From positions 3,715 through 67,714 of the forward strand of contig JAUCBJ010007832.1 in assembly GCA_032718475.1 (NCBI GenBank): a stretch of DNA of 64,000 nucleotides, in the 5' to 3' direction. The notes beneath the pieces are model-generated. The model saw only the letters and a list, made by a program, of their open reading frames with translations, was not told the DNA's origin and ran no database searches. Source of the stretch: Nemertoderma westbladi (Eukaryota; Animalia; Xenacoelomorpha). The position numbers were made by a program, and so were the translations under genes. Positions 1 through 13,100 of this stretch are shown in pieces. Position 1 is the first letter of the stretch. Each line of letters starts with the position of its first letter.

Positions 1-1000
1 CGATCAAGCTAAGTTGTTCAAATTAAGTTGCAAATTATACCATTGTGTCAATGGTATATGTGGTTCTGTCATTTCCATAAAATATGTTGACAAAATAGCA
101 GGTTAATATTTGGGACTGTTTTTCTAGATACCGACTGACTTGAAACTGAATGTAAAATTGAACTGACATAAAACTGAAACTGAGTATAAACTTACAGTAG
201 AGAAGCATGATCGACACTAAACACCCTGTTTTTTGTTTATGTTGTTCCTTGCCATTTATGGTGTATATTGTTCTGACTCCGTATCCAAATGTAAATGGAT
301 TGTGTGGTATGTGTCATTCTGATGCAAGCTAACCAAATTCTAACTGCCATATGGCGTTCTAAATGTTCTGATATAGTTTGACAGAAAACTTCACTTTCCA
401 AAATTTGTGGTATAGAGTATGTTGTACTGATTCTTTACCCACGACATAGTGTTTGTACCAGTACATTAACTCTTGTTGGGGATTCCTTGTGAATAAATAG
501 TTGACGATACTATGTCATTAAAGAAAACCTGTCAAATGTTTTGTGTTTGTGAAACCAAATACAAAGGGAAGATATATATCCGTTTCTAAAGGAAGATTTG
601 TTTCGATTTCCTGTTTACAGCGGAAAGCAGCAGCTAGCTGCCAAATTTAAATTGCAATTATGGAAATATGTTTCATAATATATTTTCCCGTCGATTTCAT
701 AAACACAAATATTTATGTCAGAAATTGTTGCAGGGGATTATTGGGCGTTATGGATTGGTTCCTGAATACAAAGGGCAGCCACGCCTTCATGTCTGATATC
801 GCTTTAAGTGCATTATATGTCAGCAGCTATATCTAAGTTAAACATCAACAAACTGTTCGCTATGTATGTGAGTATATGCAATCAGTATTTGCAAAAAAAT
901 AAAAACACAATTAACTACACCCGAGTGCAATTTAACAGTGAAATAAACATTGTTTTTTTAAGTGGTTTTCTTGTGGTATTTTTCGATAATGAACACACAC

Positions 1001-1196
1001 CTTGCGTACATGTTCCTGTAAACCTTTGATCCCGAACGACCGAATTACGAACCATAACTTTAGTGCGCGAAACCTGCGACTCAAAGATAGTTGAAGGTTC
1101 ATATAGTCGATAGCGTAGCCCGAGTTCTGGTGTTTCAGATAAAGTGGATCAATATTTTCGTCGAAGGCTCTGTGAATAGCCTGACGGTTCGAAACC
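1001..1196 (-). CDS. HDC: HDC coding exon 7 (VSNRQ...[11 protein letters not shown]...LQEHVRK)
   Basis: Acceptor TTTCAG, donor GTGTGT. Confidence 0.9.
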
Positions 1197-4100
1197 CTGA
1201 AACAATAAAGAATATATAAATTTAATAAAATCAAAAAATGTAGAATAAAATCTTAGCACACAGATTACCAATCGTCCTTACCTATAAAATATACTCTTCA
1301 AAGTTAAAAGTCACATTGTCCTTTACTTGTATGCATTATGCAACCTCCTGGTCTAAACAGAAGTAGCGGCCATATTTGTCAGCTCAATATTTGAGTAATA
1401 AAGTATTTGATTATATATATTATTTGATTATAGTAGTACTGTTTTTTTCACAGCTCTCCTGGACTAATTTGCGAGTGCTAGTTGATGAACTACCTATCTT
1501 AGTGAATGGACGTCGTATTATCCTTACTTATAGTTTCCATAAATTTGTATATCGTATATTTTTACTGTGTCGGTCAGTGTCAGTCAGTTGTCTGTGTAGA
1601 CTATCGCTTATTGTGTTCCCACATCGTACTGTATGTCTGTTTATATTGTACTGTTCCTTTCACTCAATTTTAATGATAATAAATGCCAGTGCAACTGGTT
1701 TGCGCTCTTGTTGCCATTACTACTATTAAAAAAGTATTGTTTTTCTTTTCGATAAGATATAAGCTGATAATCGGAAAGAAGCACATTTGACAACTAAGTT
1801 CAATTGGCTGAACTTCAACAATTCAGTCCACCCGAACCCAATAAATTTTAACATAGCTCCTTCGTCCTATGCCCAATGCGCTAAACTATCACTATTTATG
1901 TGATAGAACGTAATAATAGTTAGGGAAAGCTATACATTCTTGTACTATTTTCTATAAAATTTAAATGTGAGAAAAAGTTTATTTTTCAGTTAAACTAAGT
2001 CTCTTCACAATTGTGATCTTGTTATTATTGGTAAATCACAATATGTAAATAACAAATTACATGCGATGCCACAAGGAAGACTGAGTCGTGTCCCTTTATC
2101 GTTCAATCAATTAGTAGTAAATACACTGCCTTATATTACTCTATGATCTCATTGGTGAGGACTTACCACATTGCATTATCTTACTCATGATCTCATTGGT
2201 TAGGACTTACCACATTGCATTATCTTACTCTATGATCTCATTGGTTAGGACTTACCACATTGCATTATATTACTCTATGATCTCATTGATGAGGACATAC
2301 CACATTGCATTATCTTACTCTATGATCTCATTGATGAGGACTTACCACATTGCATTATCTTACTCATGATCTCATTGGTTAGGACTGACCACATTGCATT
2401 ATATTACTCTATGATCTCATTGATGAGGACATACCACATTGCATTATCTTACTCTATGATCTCATTGATGAGGACTTACCACATTGCATTATCTTACTCT
2501 ATGATCTCATTGGTGAGGACTTACCACATTGCATTATCTTACTCTATGATCTTATTGGTGAGGACTTAACACATTGCATTATCTTACTCTATGATCTCAT
2601 TGGTTAGGACTTAACACATTGCATTATATCACTCTATGATCTCATTGGTTAGGACTTACCACATTGCATTATATTACTCTATGATCTCATTGATGAGGAC
2701 ATACCACATTGCATTATCTTACTCTATGATCTCATTGATGAGGACTTACCACATTGCATTATCTTACTCTATGATCTCATTGGTGAGGACTTACCACATT
2801 GCATTATCTTACTCTATGATCTTATTGGTGAGGACTTACCACATTGTATTATCTTACTCTATGATCTCATTGGTGAGGACTTAACACATTGCATTATATC
2901 ACTCTATGATCTCATTGGTTATGACTTACCACATTGCATTATATCACTCTATGATCTCATTGGTGAGGACTTAACACATTGCATTATCTTACTCTATGAT
3001 CTCATTGGTTAGGACTTAACACATTGCATTATATCACTCTATGATCTCATTGGTGAGGACTTACCACATTGCATTATCTTACTCTATGATCTCATTGGTT
3101 AGGACTTAACAAATTGCATTATATCACTCTATGATCTCATTGGTGAGGACTTACCACATTGCATTATCTTACTCTATGATCTCATTGGTTAGGACTTAAC
3201 AAATTGCATTATATCACTCTATGATCTCATTGGTTAGGACTTACCACATTGCAGTGCAGTCAAAGTTGACCATCATCCATTTACTTGGGTTAAATGCGAA
3301 CGTATCCACATGCTGGACCCCTTGCAGAAGGTACTGATACTCTGGACAAAGGAAAGCTGTTCCAGCATAGGCTGCATCAACATGCAACCAAATATTGTGT
3401 TGGCGACCTGGTGAATAAGATTTTACAGATACTATTCCCACCTTCGCATGATACTTATTGAAAAGTGTGTCATATGTAGGTAAAGTAGATATGAACACAA
3501 AATTTGTTATTAATAAATGAAACTTATATACTCTTATACTAACAAACATCGCCAATCTCAAGTAAATTATCGAAGGCACAGGCACCAGTTGTGCCCAGAG
3601 TGGCACAAACAAAGAATGGATAGAGACCGTTCTCTTTATCCTCTTCGATGGCTGCAAGTAAACCACTTCCTCTCATACTGAGCTTATCATCACTTTCAAT
3701 AAATGTGAGCTTCACCAGAGACATGTAAGCAGCTTTCTCAACAGATGAGTGTGCCTAAATAATAAAATAATTTTTATATCCTATTTAGTAAGGCTTAATA
3801 ATAATGTGTGTAGAGCCAATATAATAAATTGACTGTATGCGTACATCGACTATTCAGAGCGGTTATATAGGTAAAAATAGGTATATTTTATTCAAATTCC
3901 GTTTTTAATTTCATAATTCATTATAGTTTATTCTAGGCCTACAGCTTGTAACACACTTGCTAATCTTAGAACAGCAGAATATCTCTAACTGTTGAAAATA
4001 CAGTATTAAGCTTTTCACAGTGTTTTATTGCGATAATTTTTTATAGTAAATTTAATTTTATAATAATTTGTCGAATATTAAAGACCTTCGTTTGTAGTGA

Positions 4101-7100
4101 CTGAGTATCGTGCCTAAAGGGTTAGTTTGCCCTTAGTTTTGGTATTTTTATGTTAACAAAAGGATATAGAGTTGAACTTGTTGTTTGTATACTATTCCAT
4201 GAACCCCGATGTTTTTCCTTCTATCATGATAAAATCATGATAAAAGACAAATATCAGATATATATATATAAAGATAAAGATAAAATCATGATATTCCTAT
4301 TAAATGATAAAATAAAATTAGGTGTTATTAAACTTGTTCATTTTTAAATTATTCATTTTGTAAGTTGTTAAATTTAAAATATATATAAATTTAATTTCTA
4401 ATTTGTTGTGGTTAAAAAGTAACCCCAATTGATGCGAACAGGCCGTGTTCATCAGAGCCGGGAAGTAAAGTTAACCCACCTGATCCGAACAGTAGGCCAC
4501 AAGTCGGGACGCGATCTTATACTGGTCTTCTTCGTTGAGTTCCTTTTTATACCACGCGATGGCGTTCGATCTCGCGGCCAAAAAGGAAATGAACGTTGAT
4601 TCACTGAGAGTCCCCTGAAGAACTCCTGCTCCATGCGTCGCGTCACCCGGACAATGATGAAACTTTACCGGCAATGATATAGCCTTTGCTGTACAATAAT
4701 AACAGTTTGTAATTATTCATGTTTTTAATATTGTTATGATACATAATTTATGTCTCCCTTTTTATATCTCATTATGCTTCATATTTTTCCAATTATTTCG
4801 CGCTGTATCGAGTGTAAGTGTCCAAATTTAATAAGCAAGTAATATAGCAGCTAATTTGTATTAAGTTATTTTTATTCTTAAATTGTTACTTTTTGCTCGA
4901 ATATACCCCAAAATCGGGAGAAAATGTAACCAGGATTGCATTGATTTTACTTTTTTTTCCCTGCGAAAAAAATAATATATTTTTGATGTATTTATTTAAA
5001 TTTTATTACATGTGTTGAAAGAGCATCGACGTAGAAAAGGTTTGCAAGTAATTTGAGCAAAATTCATGCATTGGTCTATTAATATTGGTTTACGTAGTTA
5101 AGCGGCTCTCAAGTTACGTAATAAATATTCGAGAATACTAAATAAATTATTTGACATTGAGTGAAGCAGCATCAGGAGTTGAAGATTACAGTAATTTGAA
5201 TCGCAGTAACTATGGTAGCAAATAGCAATGTAGTAAAAAAACTACAGTTCCATTTATTTTGTAACACTATATCGCTCAATCATTTATTATAGCAATGAGC
5301 AACAAAGAAGTACCAACACCAAATTTATGAATAAAATTACATATTACATGAGGAAAAAACGTATTACTTTTTTTCAATATTCTCTCTATTAACCTCGCTC
5401 GGTAAATAAAATGCCTCGAGAAAAGTTATTCTTTTTTCCCCATGTAATAAATTATTATTACCGGTATCTAATTTATTTAATATATTCGGGAACACTCAAA
5501 CCCTCCACCCTCAAACCTCAAACCCTTTTCTTTTTACGAAAAATAACGAAGCACTTATTGATTTGGGCAGTTATAAAAAAAATTGTTTTGGGCAGTTATA
5601 AATATTGTGATTGTTTAAAATAATAATAATATTAATATGTATTTATTCCAAAATTATAACATTACTCAACGCCGTTAGTATTAACAGCGAGTTGTTATTT
5701 AGTACTTGCAACTATTGAGGACATTACAGCATTGTATTGGCCTGTACATTTAGTATTGTATTTGGTGTTATCCGTTAAGTAATGTCCCCTTAGTGGACAT
5801 TATTTAACGCCGTCATTGGTTACCACGTAAACAATAGGTGAAAATTTGCCTGACAGCCAGATAGGCCAACTTCATTACCTACCGGTAGGCGGGGTATAGC
5901 TATTAATAACCAGTTGGGCTTAGCTAGATATTATTATAACATGGCTCTACACGCCACCATAAATATAAGCTAACTTATTTATAACATAATTTATGTCATT
6001 TTTAAATTTATTTATACAGCAACTAATTTAATTATAAATTAAATATAATATAATAAATTATTAATTAAAAGTTATTTACGGGTCCTTAACCCTTTAGCTT
6101 GTGCTGTAATAACTAATTACTGTACTCGTGTGTAAAGTAGCTCTTTACAGTTGTAAAAGCTTTTGCGTAATTAGCCGGTTATTTTCCCCGTAAAGTACTC
6201 TGTAGTTGGTTTACCAGGCATAAAAGGGCCGTGTCCTTACTGTACTGGTGTTTTAGAGGACATAAAAGTAATTTCTTCTGTATGTATACTTTAGAGGACA
6301 TAATCCGCAATTTCGTGACGCAATAAGCTGGATCCTCTTGAAAACAGTGTCACTACCATGACGACGGCTAACAGCTGATATTGCCACGTCGAACATTTCT
6401 TTGTTCTTTGTTCTCTCTTTGTTCGGTCGACCAATCAGAGCGTTTTTTGACTCTGTGTTGGAGGTTGGATACAGAAACTCAGTAATTCAGTGTATATGTT
6501 TTTGCCCAGAGCCTAAGAACACCGGCTTTTGGCACCTCCGTGTTTCAGTCTTTAGCTTAACATTAGTAGGCTTAATTATAGAACGTATATCTGTTATCTA
6601 AACATATCATGCATATCTTACTTAACATTACTGCTTTTGCTGTCGGTTATTCATTATATTTGTTGATGGAAGATTATATTTGGAATACTGATCAATAGTC
6701 AGACACCCCAATCTTCTTGATATACTAAAGGTTAGAGAGACCGGTTACATATAAACGATTGCGACTTATGTTAAGTGGTGTGAAGTGAATCTAATGCTAT
6801 TTTATAGGCCCTACATGTATTGTCTGTTATTCTCTTTGTATGTGACTAAAATTAGTGAAGGTCGGCAGATTGGTGTGCAGCATTGTGCAGCATTGTGTAT
6901 GATTGTGACTGATAACAAAGCATCTCCTAAAGAATGCGCCATATACGTGAATCTATAGCCATCTCATTGCGTCTGGTTTAAGTCATAACTCTGTTTACAT
7001 ATTTAGAGCGCCACGTCCTAAAGGAACTGTTAATATTTCCCGAAAGTGAATAATATTTGTCAGAAATTATATATTGCGATCAGTCGAATAATACAGTAGG

Positions 7101-10100
7101 CTTACACCATCAATCATTAAGCTTCCAAATTCAGTCTCCCGGGTATATCCAGCGGGTGAATGATTGCGCATAGACTGGCTTCGGCTAATGTAGTGTATCA
7201 AATACTCGTCATAGGCTAAAGACTATCTATCATCTAAAAGACATCCTAATTTGGCAGGTTAAACTGTCAAAGGTCTTAAAAGCGCAAACAATAACAGATA
7301 TTGCTTCTGGATTGCGGCGTAAGCAATCAAGTCGAAAGTACCGGTCGACCGGAAACCTGTAGGCCTGACTGCCTGATCACCCGAACCGGTACTTACAGTA
7401 TAGGTACAGCAGTATTATTCGATTTTGATAATTATATACCGGTAGGCCTTAATAATTAATCAGGGACTGCAGCCCTGGTTTTTTATTGAGATTTTACTTA
7501 TTTCTGTCAAGTTTTATTTGTTTGTAGGCCAGTATTGAGCAGAAGGCGTGTAAGCCTGCTCAGATTGTACAGATAATTTGTAGGCTTGACTGTTGTCTTA
7601 CTGTGTTAAGTCTGAACGGATTGCAGTGTGTGTAGAGCATCTGTCCGATAAAGTGCTAGTTAGGAAAGTAGGGGCTTCAAGTGCTGTGAGGTAAACCCCC
7701 GTGAAAGAATAAGTCGTAGTACTGGGTTAGAACGCATACTAACTAATCATTTCGGAGTCTGCATATACTGTAGTTTATTTAGGCTTGATAGTAGTCTGCC
7801 AGCGTTTGGTCTGTACTTTGTTTGTGTAGTCTGTACGGGTAGCGTATAATTTTATTTAGATAATTTGTAGGCTGGATAGTTGTCTGACTGTTGTTGGGTT
7901 TGAGGAAATTTCAGTGTGTGTAGAGCATCTGTCCGATAAAGTGCTAGTTGGGAACGTAGGGGCTTCAAGTGCTGTGAGGTAAACCCCCTGTGAAAGAATA
8001 AGTCGTACTACTAGGTTAGAACGCATACTAACTAACCATTTCGGAGTCTGCACATACCGTAGTTTGTTTAGGCCTGATAGTAGTCTGTCAGTATTTAGTC
8101 GGCATTTGTTTGAGTAATTTGTACGCGTAGCGTAATATTTATTATTCAGAGTGTATGCGATTATTCGCAACATTCATTCCCCAAGTTTATTCCTACAGTA
8201 ATTGTGTTTGTTATACATACCGTTATAGTTAAACTAACCCCGGTACTACATCAGGGCTGCTCGGCGTAGGTAAAGACTGGAGATTTTGTGCTTTGGTCAC
8301 TCCGGCAGATACCGTGGTTCTTTTAGCTGTTCAAGTATTTTTAACTACTGATTATTTGTTGTACAAGTACTTGTACCTAATTTAGGGTTTAGTGTACAGT
8401 GCTTTCCGAAAGCAATTAGTGTGTAGGCAGTATATTTGTGTTGTAAAGTGGTTAATAGGCACGTTGGTTCTGGTAGACCGCGGTAATTAATCTCTAGGTA
8501 GGAACACTCCGTGATACATAACGTAGTACCTATAGCGATACGGTTATAGGTTGTCAGGCGGTGGTATTTTCCTATCTGGACAACGCAGTATATTTACTAC
8601 TACTTATTATTTTCAAATACCGTAGTAACCTGTCCGTTGTAATAACCAGATATTCTAACCCTTTGTTAGGCTGGTTAGTAGACTTCTTGTAAAATTACCC
8701 CAAAAATTCGTATTTGTGTATTTGTAATTAAATTTTTGTGTTTATTTAGAGATTGTAATCTCAACCCGAATTGTACGTAATTTGTAGTATTAAGTAACTT
8801 AGGTAAATTAGAATTATTTGTTTTAGTGTCTAACAAGTAGCACTCCACTGAGAGCGTACAGGTTATGTGTAGTGACTCCCCCAGAAATAATAACATTTAT
8901 TTCAAATATTGACAAAACCCATTAAACGGGTATATATATATTATAAATCAACTCAAACGATTTATAAATAGTAGGCCTGCCATACAACAATTAGGTCTCA
9001 ATCACAGTTGGACTACTGCTTAAATAACGGTAATAAAGTAAGTTAAAGTAACCAAGTAACCCTTAAAATTCAGAAATTCAATTATTCTAAAATAATTGGT
9101 ATACCGGTATTTACAATAGGCTTATTATATTTATTTCTATAAATTTTAGGCTGAAATCATACCGGTATTCTGTAATTAATTCTAGTCTGTAATTATACTT
9201 ATATATATACATTATAAGTGTAAGCTGTATACCGGTATTCACGATAGGCCTATTATATATATATAAATTTAGGCTGAAATCATACCGGTATTCTGTAATT
9301 AATTCTAGTTACTAATAATACTTATATATACTATAAGCATACCGGTATTCTAATATTATATATATATCACGCTACACTGAGTAGCAGTATCGGTAATTAA
9401 TTACTAGGCTAGCAGTTAATGCTGAATTACTAGACTTGCTTAGACTGTAATATAGCAGTAGGCATTCAACTGTACAATCAAACATGTCTGACACAAAACA
9501 AACATTGTCAGATAGCCTCTTAGAAAGTGCTAGAATGAGTGTTAGACAGGGTCTTAAAAAGATCTGGGACTCAGCTAAGAGTATAGAGCGTCTGAGACCA
9601 AAGTCCAAGTCCCCTCCTACTGTAAGCAAGGTCATCCCTACAGTAGTAATATCAGAACCTAGGCTGGTCCAACATCGTAGGTCTATCATAGGCACTCGAG
9701 CTCAGGTCAAGCGGGACCAAGAAGCAGCGGAACAGCAACAACCCACGAGCCAAGAATTTATTCCTCAGCGGCCCGACAGCTCCAGTAGTGAGGATACTGT
9801 AGAGCTGACACCCGAGCGCGGAGCAAAGATGACGGATGCGGTTTATTCGGATCCCCTTCTCATCCTTCCTGCAGCCGTACTCACTAGGATATTGATCGCG
9901 GTGGAAGAACACCAGATCGATTGGGCGAGAAGTCAGCGATCAACTAAAGATAGTTATGCGGGATACACATGGGAAGAACTGAAGTCTATTGTCGAGTCGC
10001 AATGGAACTTCCCCGGACCCGGACTCCCGTTTGATTTATCAGAAGCTGCCTGGGAAGATATACACAGGATGGGAGTAACCAAGGAAACCGTCGATCCAGC

Positions 10101-13100
10101 TGTGTGGAAGAGGTCCGCAGCCGGATACGTACAGGGATTCTTCAGCTCCATGGAGCGATTAGAAAAACAACTGTTTCAACAACCCCAAGGACCTCAAGAG
10201 CAGGGACAGCTGCTTTATCAAGTTAGAGAAAGAATTTTACGAATCAGGCTAATCTTATTGGCCTTTGAGGAGGCTTCTAAAAGAAGACAAGACACGTCGT
10301 TGCAAGTTGCCGTAAAGACTTGGTTTCAACAGGTGAGCCTCCAGGTGCAAGGAACGACTCAGTGGAAAGCCCAACTGGATGAGCGCTCAACCCATGGAGA
10401 ATCAACAGACGCTACTTTTTCCCAAGTGGAAAGTGAAGCGATGGCAGAGAAGCCGCATAAGAGGGATGCCATTGACATCTATCTGTCGGACTATCAACGT
10501 TTTGTAGGAGATGAAGAGTTGAGGAGAAGACTAGAGGGGCTTAGCCCTAATAGTGAAGGAGCCCAGCGTGTGTTGGACGCAATCGATGTGGATAGGTTAG
10601 CTGCGAACCAAGCTAAATTCAATGAAAGCATCCGCATCGCTAAGGTTCAAGAAGAACAAGTAAAGAAAAAACGTATAGAAGATAGAAAGACAGCAGCAGC
10701 GGCAGGGGCAGCGGCAGAAGCGGAAAGAAAAATAGCAGTGGCAGAAGCAGAACGGAGGGCATCTGAAGAGACAACCCAACTAGAGTTGGAAAATCTTCAA
10801 GAGAAGCAAGACAACTTCAGTAAACAGTTAACAGCTAGTAATATGCAGATGATGAATCGATCTACTCCCAAAAGACAGGGATATACATCATCTGAGGAAG
10901 GCGATACCACCGATACTGAAGGCAAAGGAAATAGATCTCGTCTAAGCAGACGTAAAAGAACATCCCACCGTCAGAAATTGCCTGATTTGCCTCCAGCTGT
11001 TAGAAGGCAACTAAATAACACCAACTTAGGTAGTACAGAACCCACAGACCAAATAATTACAATAGAAAGACTCCCTACTATAGTAGATGAGCCTGAAATA
11101 ATTAGGCCTGTTCTTGAAATCACCCCTTCGGTGATAGAGACACCTGTGCTCCCTGAACCTACCTCTAAATTCCCTCTGCACAGCACCAAGCTACCTGTGC
11201 CCAGCAGAACAGCCCATGAGACAGTTCATGTCCTGGACTCCGAGCGAAATATTCATGATTTGTCGCCCGTTGTCCCTCGTCCGCCCGCTACAACGTTGGC
11301 GACTCCCGCTTCGGCGGTCGAATGGGTGGATGAGAGACGACGGGGGATGGATCTCCTGCTCGGGCAAATGCAGGAGACCGTTCAGCAATTCAAGGGCACA
11401 GTGAGGGAAAGTAGGTTAGAGTTGCAAGAAGTGCAGCAAAGTATCGCATTAGAACGCGATAAATTAGTAAATACACAAAAGGGTATACCACCACCCTCGG
11501 TAACGATGTGTCAACCTGTTAGGTCTGAAGTATCTCATGCGCAAGGTGTGGAGCCTACACGCATCTATACTGCTAGCGAAGTAGAAACTCCTATAGTGAA
11601 CCCTATTAAGGGTGATTATAGACCTGTTGATAATGATATTCCCTATAGACCTGATCATAATCCGAGAAATTTATATACCGATAACTCGATATTAAATAAC
11701 ACGATGGCCCAAGAAAGTTTTACGCGTCAAATGGCTAGAACCGAAGCCCGGCAAGCGGTAAAGGTGGGAGAGATAGTCAAGTTCAATGGAGATGAGATGA
11801 AATGGTTACCTTTTAATGAATATTATAAAGATAACATACAGAACTCTGTACTATCTAATGGAGAGAAACTTAGATTCCTCATCGAGTGCTTGGAAGGATC
11901 TCCCAAGTTAATGGCGTTAAAGTTTATTGGACATCCAGACGGATTAAGACAAGTTTGGGATACACTAAACATCAGGTATGGTAATAGGAATAACATAGCT
12001 AGGTATTTGTATGCAAAATTAATGGTGCCCCGAAAGTTTCTTAGCAGTGGGATTATAGAGTTTTCCGATGAGATTCAGGAGATCTGTAGACAATTAGATT
12101 GGCTAGGTAAGTCTCATGAATACCAGAATTCTATGGTTGTAGGAGCCTTAGCATCTACTTTGCCCAAGGGTGGAGTAGGTACACGCTGGGACAAGAAAGT
12201 GTTATATATGATGGAACAACAACGACGAGACCCTACCATGGCTGATCTCATGTCATTCTTAGATGGGGAAGTGAAATTACAGCTCCTAAGGCAGTCCAGA
12301 GAGAAGACACCGGAAAACAAGGTAAGTGAGAAACCAGTTTCTAGGAGAAGGGTAATACCAGTTTGTTATACAGACGACGGCGAAAGCCAGGCTTCTCAAG
12401 AGGAAGACAGCGGAAAAGACACTGAAAGATCTTACTATGACAATAAAATCCTAAAGGACGTAAGTAAATTCAAGTCTCGAACCAATGACAGGAGAGAACA
12501 GGTAAGAAAAACTCCTCCTACGTCTCCTAAGAGAATTCATGTAAGAAATCCCGAGGAAAGAACGAACGTGCACCACACAGCACATGTTAAAGTAAGTAAC
12601 GTCAAGCCCAAATGTGTGCTGTGCGACGGGCCCCACCGTTTAAATGCGTGTGATGAATTCCTGAGGAAATCACTAAAGGATAGACGTGAAGTCATGTGGG
12701 ATAAGCGGTTGTGTTATAATTGCCTCAGACGAGGACACCAACGGCGAACCTGTTACTCCGACGCAAGGTGTGCAAAGTGCGGTGCGAAACATCATATCTT
12801 GTTGCACACTGAATTCGAGCGAAATAGTCCGAGTCAGGTGAGTGATTCCGAACTACATGTCCAATTCAGTGATGTGAACGACACTGATCAATCTGAGATG
12901 GAAGGATTCTATACGGACGAGTTCTCCGACGAAAACGAATCCTGTTACATGATAAATACCGCAGTGTATCGAGCACTCACTTATGAAAAAGATACAGAAA
13001 GTGACCTCACTCTAACTACTTCTGATCGACAACCATCTTGGAAAGCGCCAACTTCCAATGTAGGGATTAGAGAATTTCCTGTGGTACGGATAAGGGTCCA

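Noticed and set aside
60-800. Further HDC exons or a Penelope GIY-YIG remnant
   Set aside because: No match to the expected HDC C-terminus; only faint, stop-ridden resemblance to Penelope
2131-3253. CRISPR-like regular repeat and the MISLVRTYH ORFs
   Set aside because: Head-to-tail units without unique spacers, eukaryotic context and no cas genes; the ORFs are by-products of a 45-bp unit
6401-6601. Identical small ORFs in paired LTRs (also 17626, 40332, 51177)
   Set aside because: Duplicated only because they lie in LTRs; not conserved between the two subfamilies; non-ATG starts
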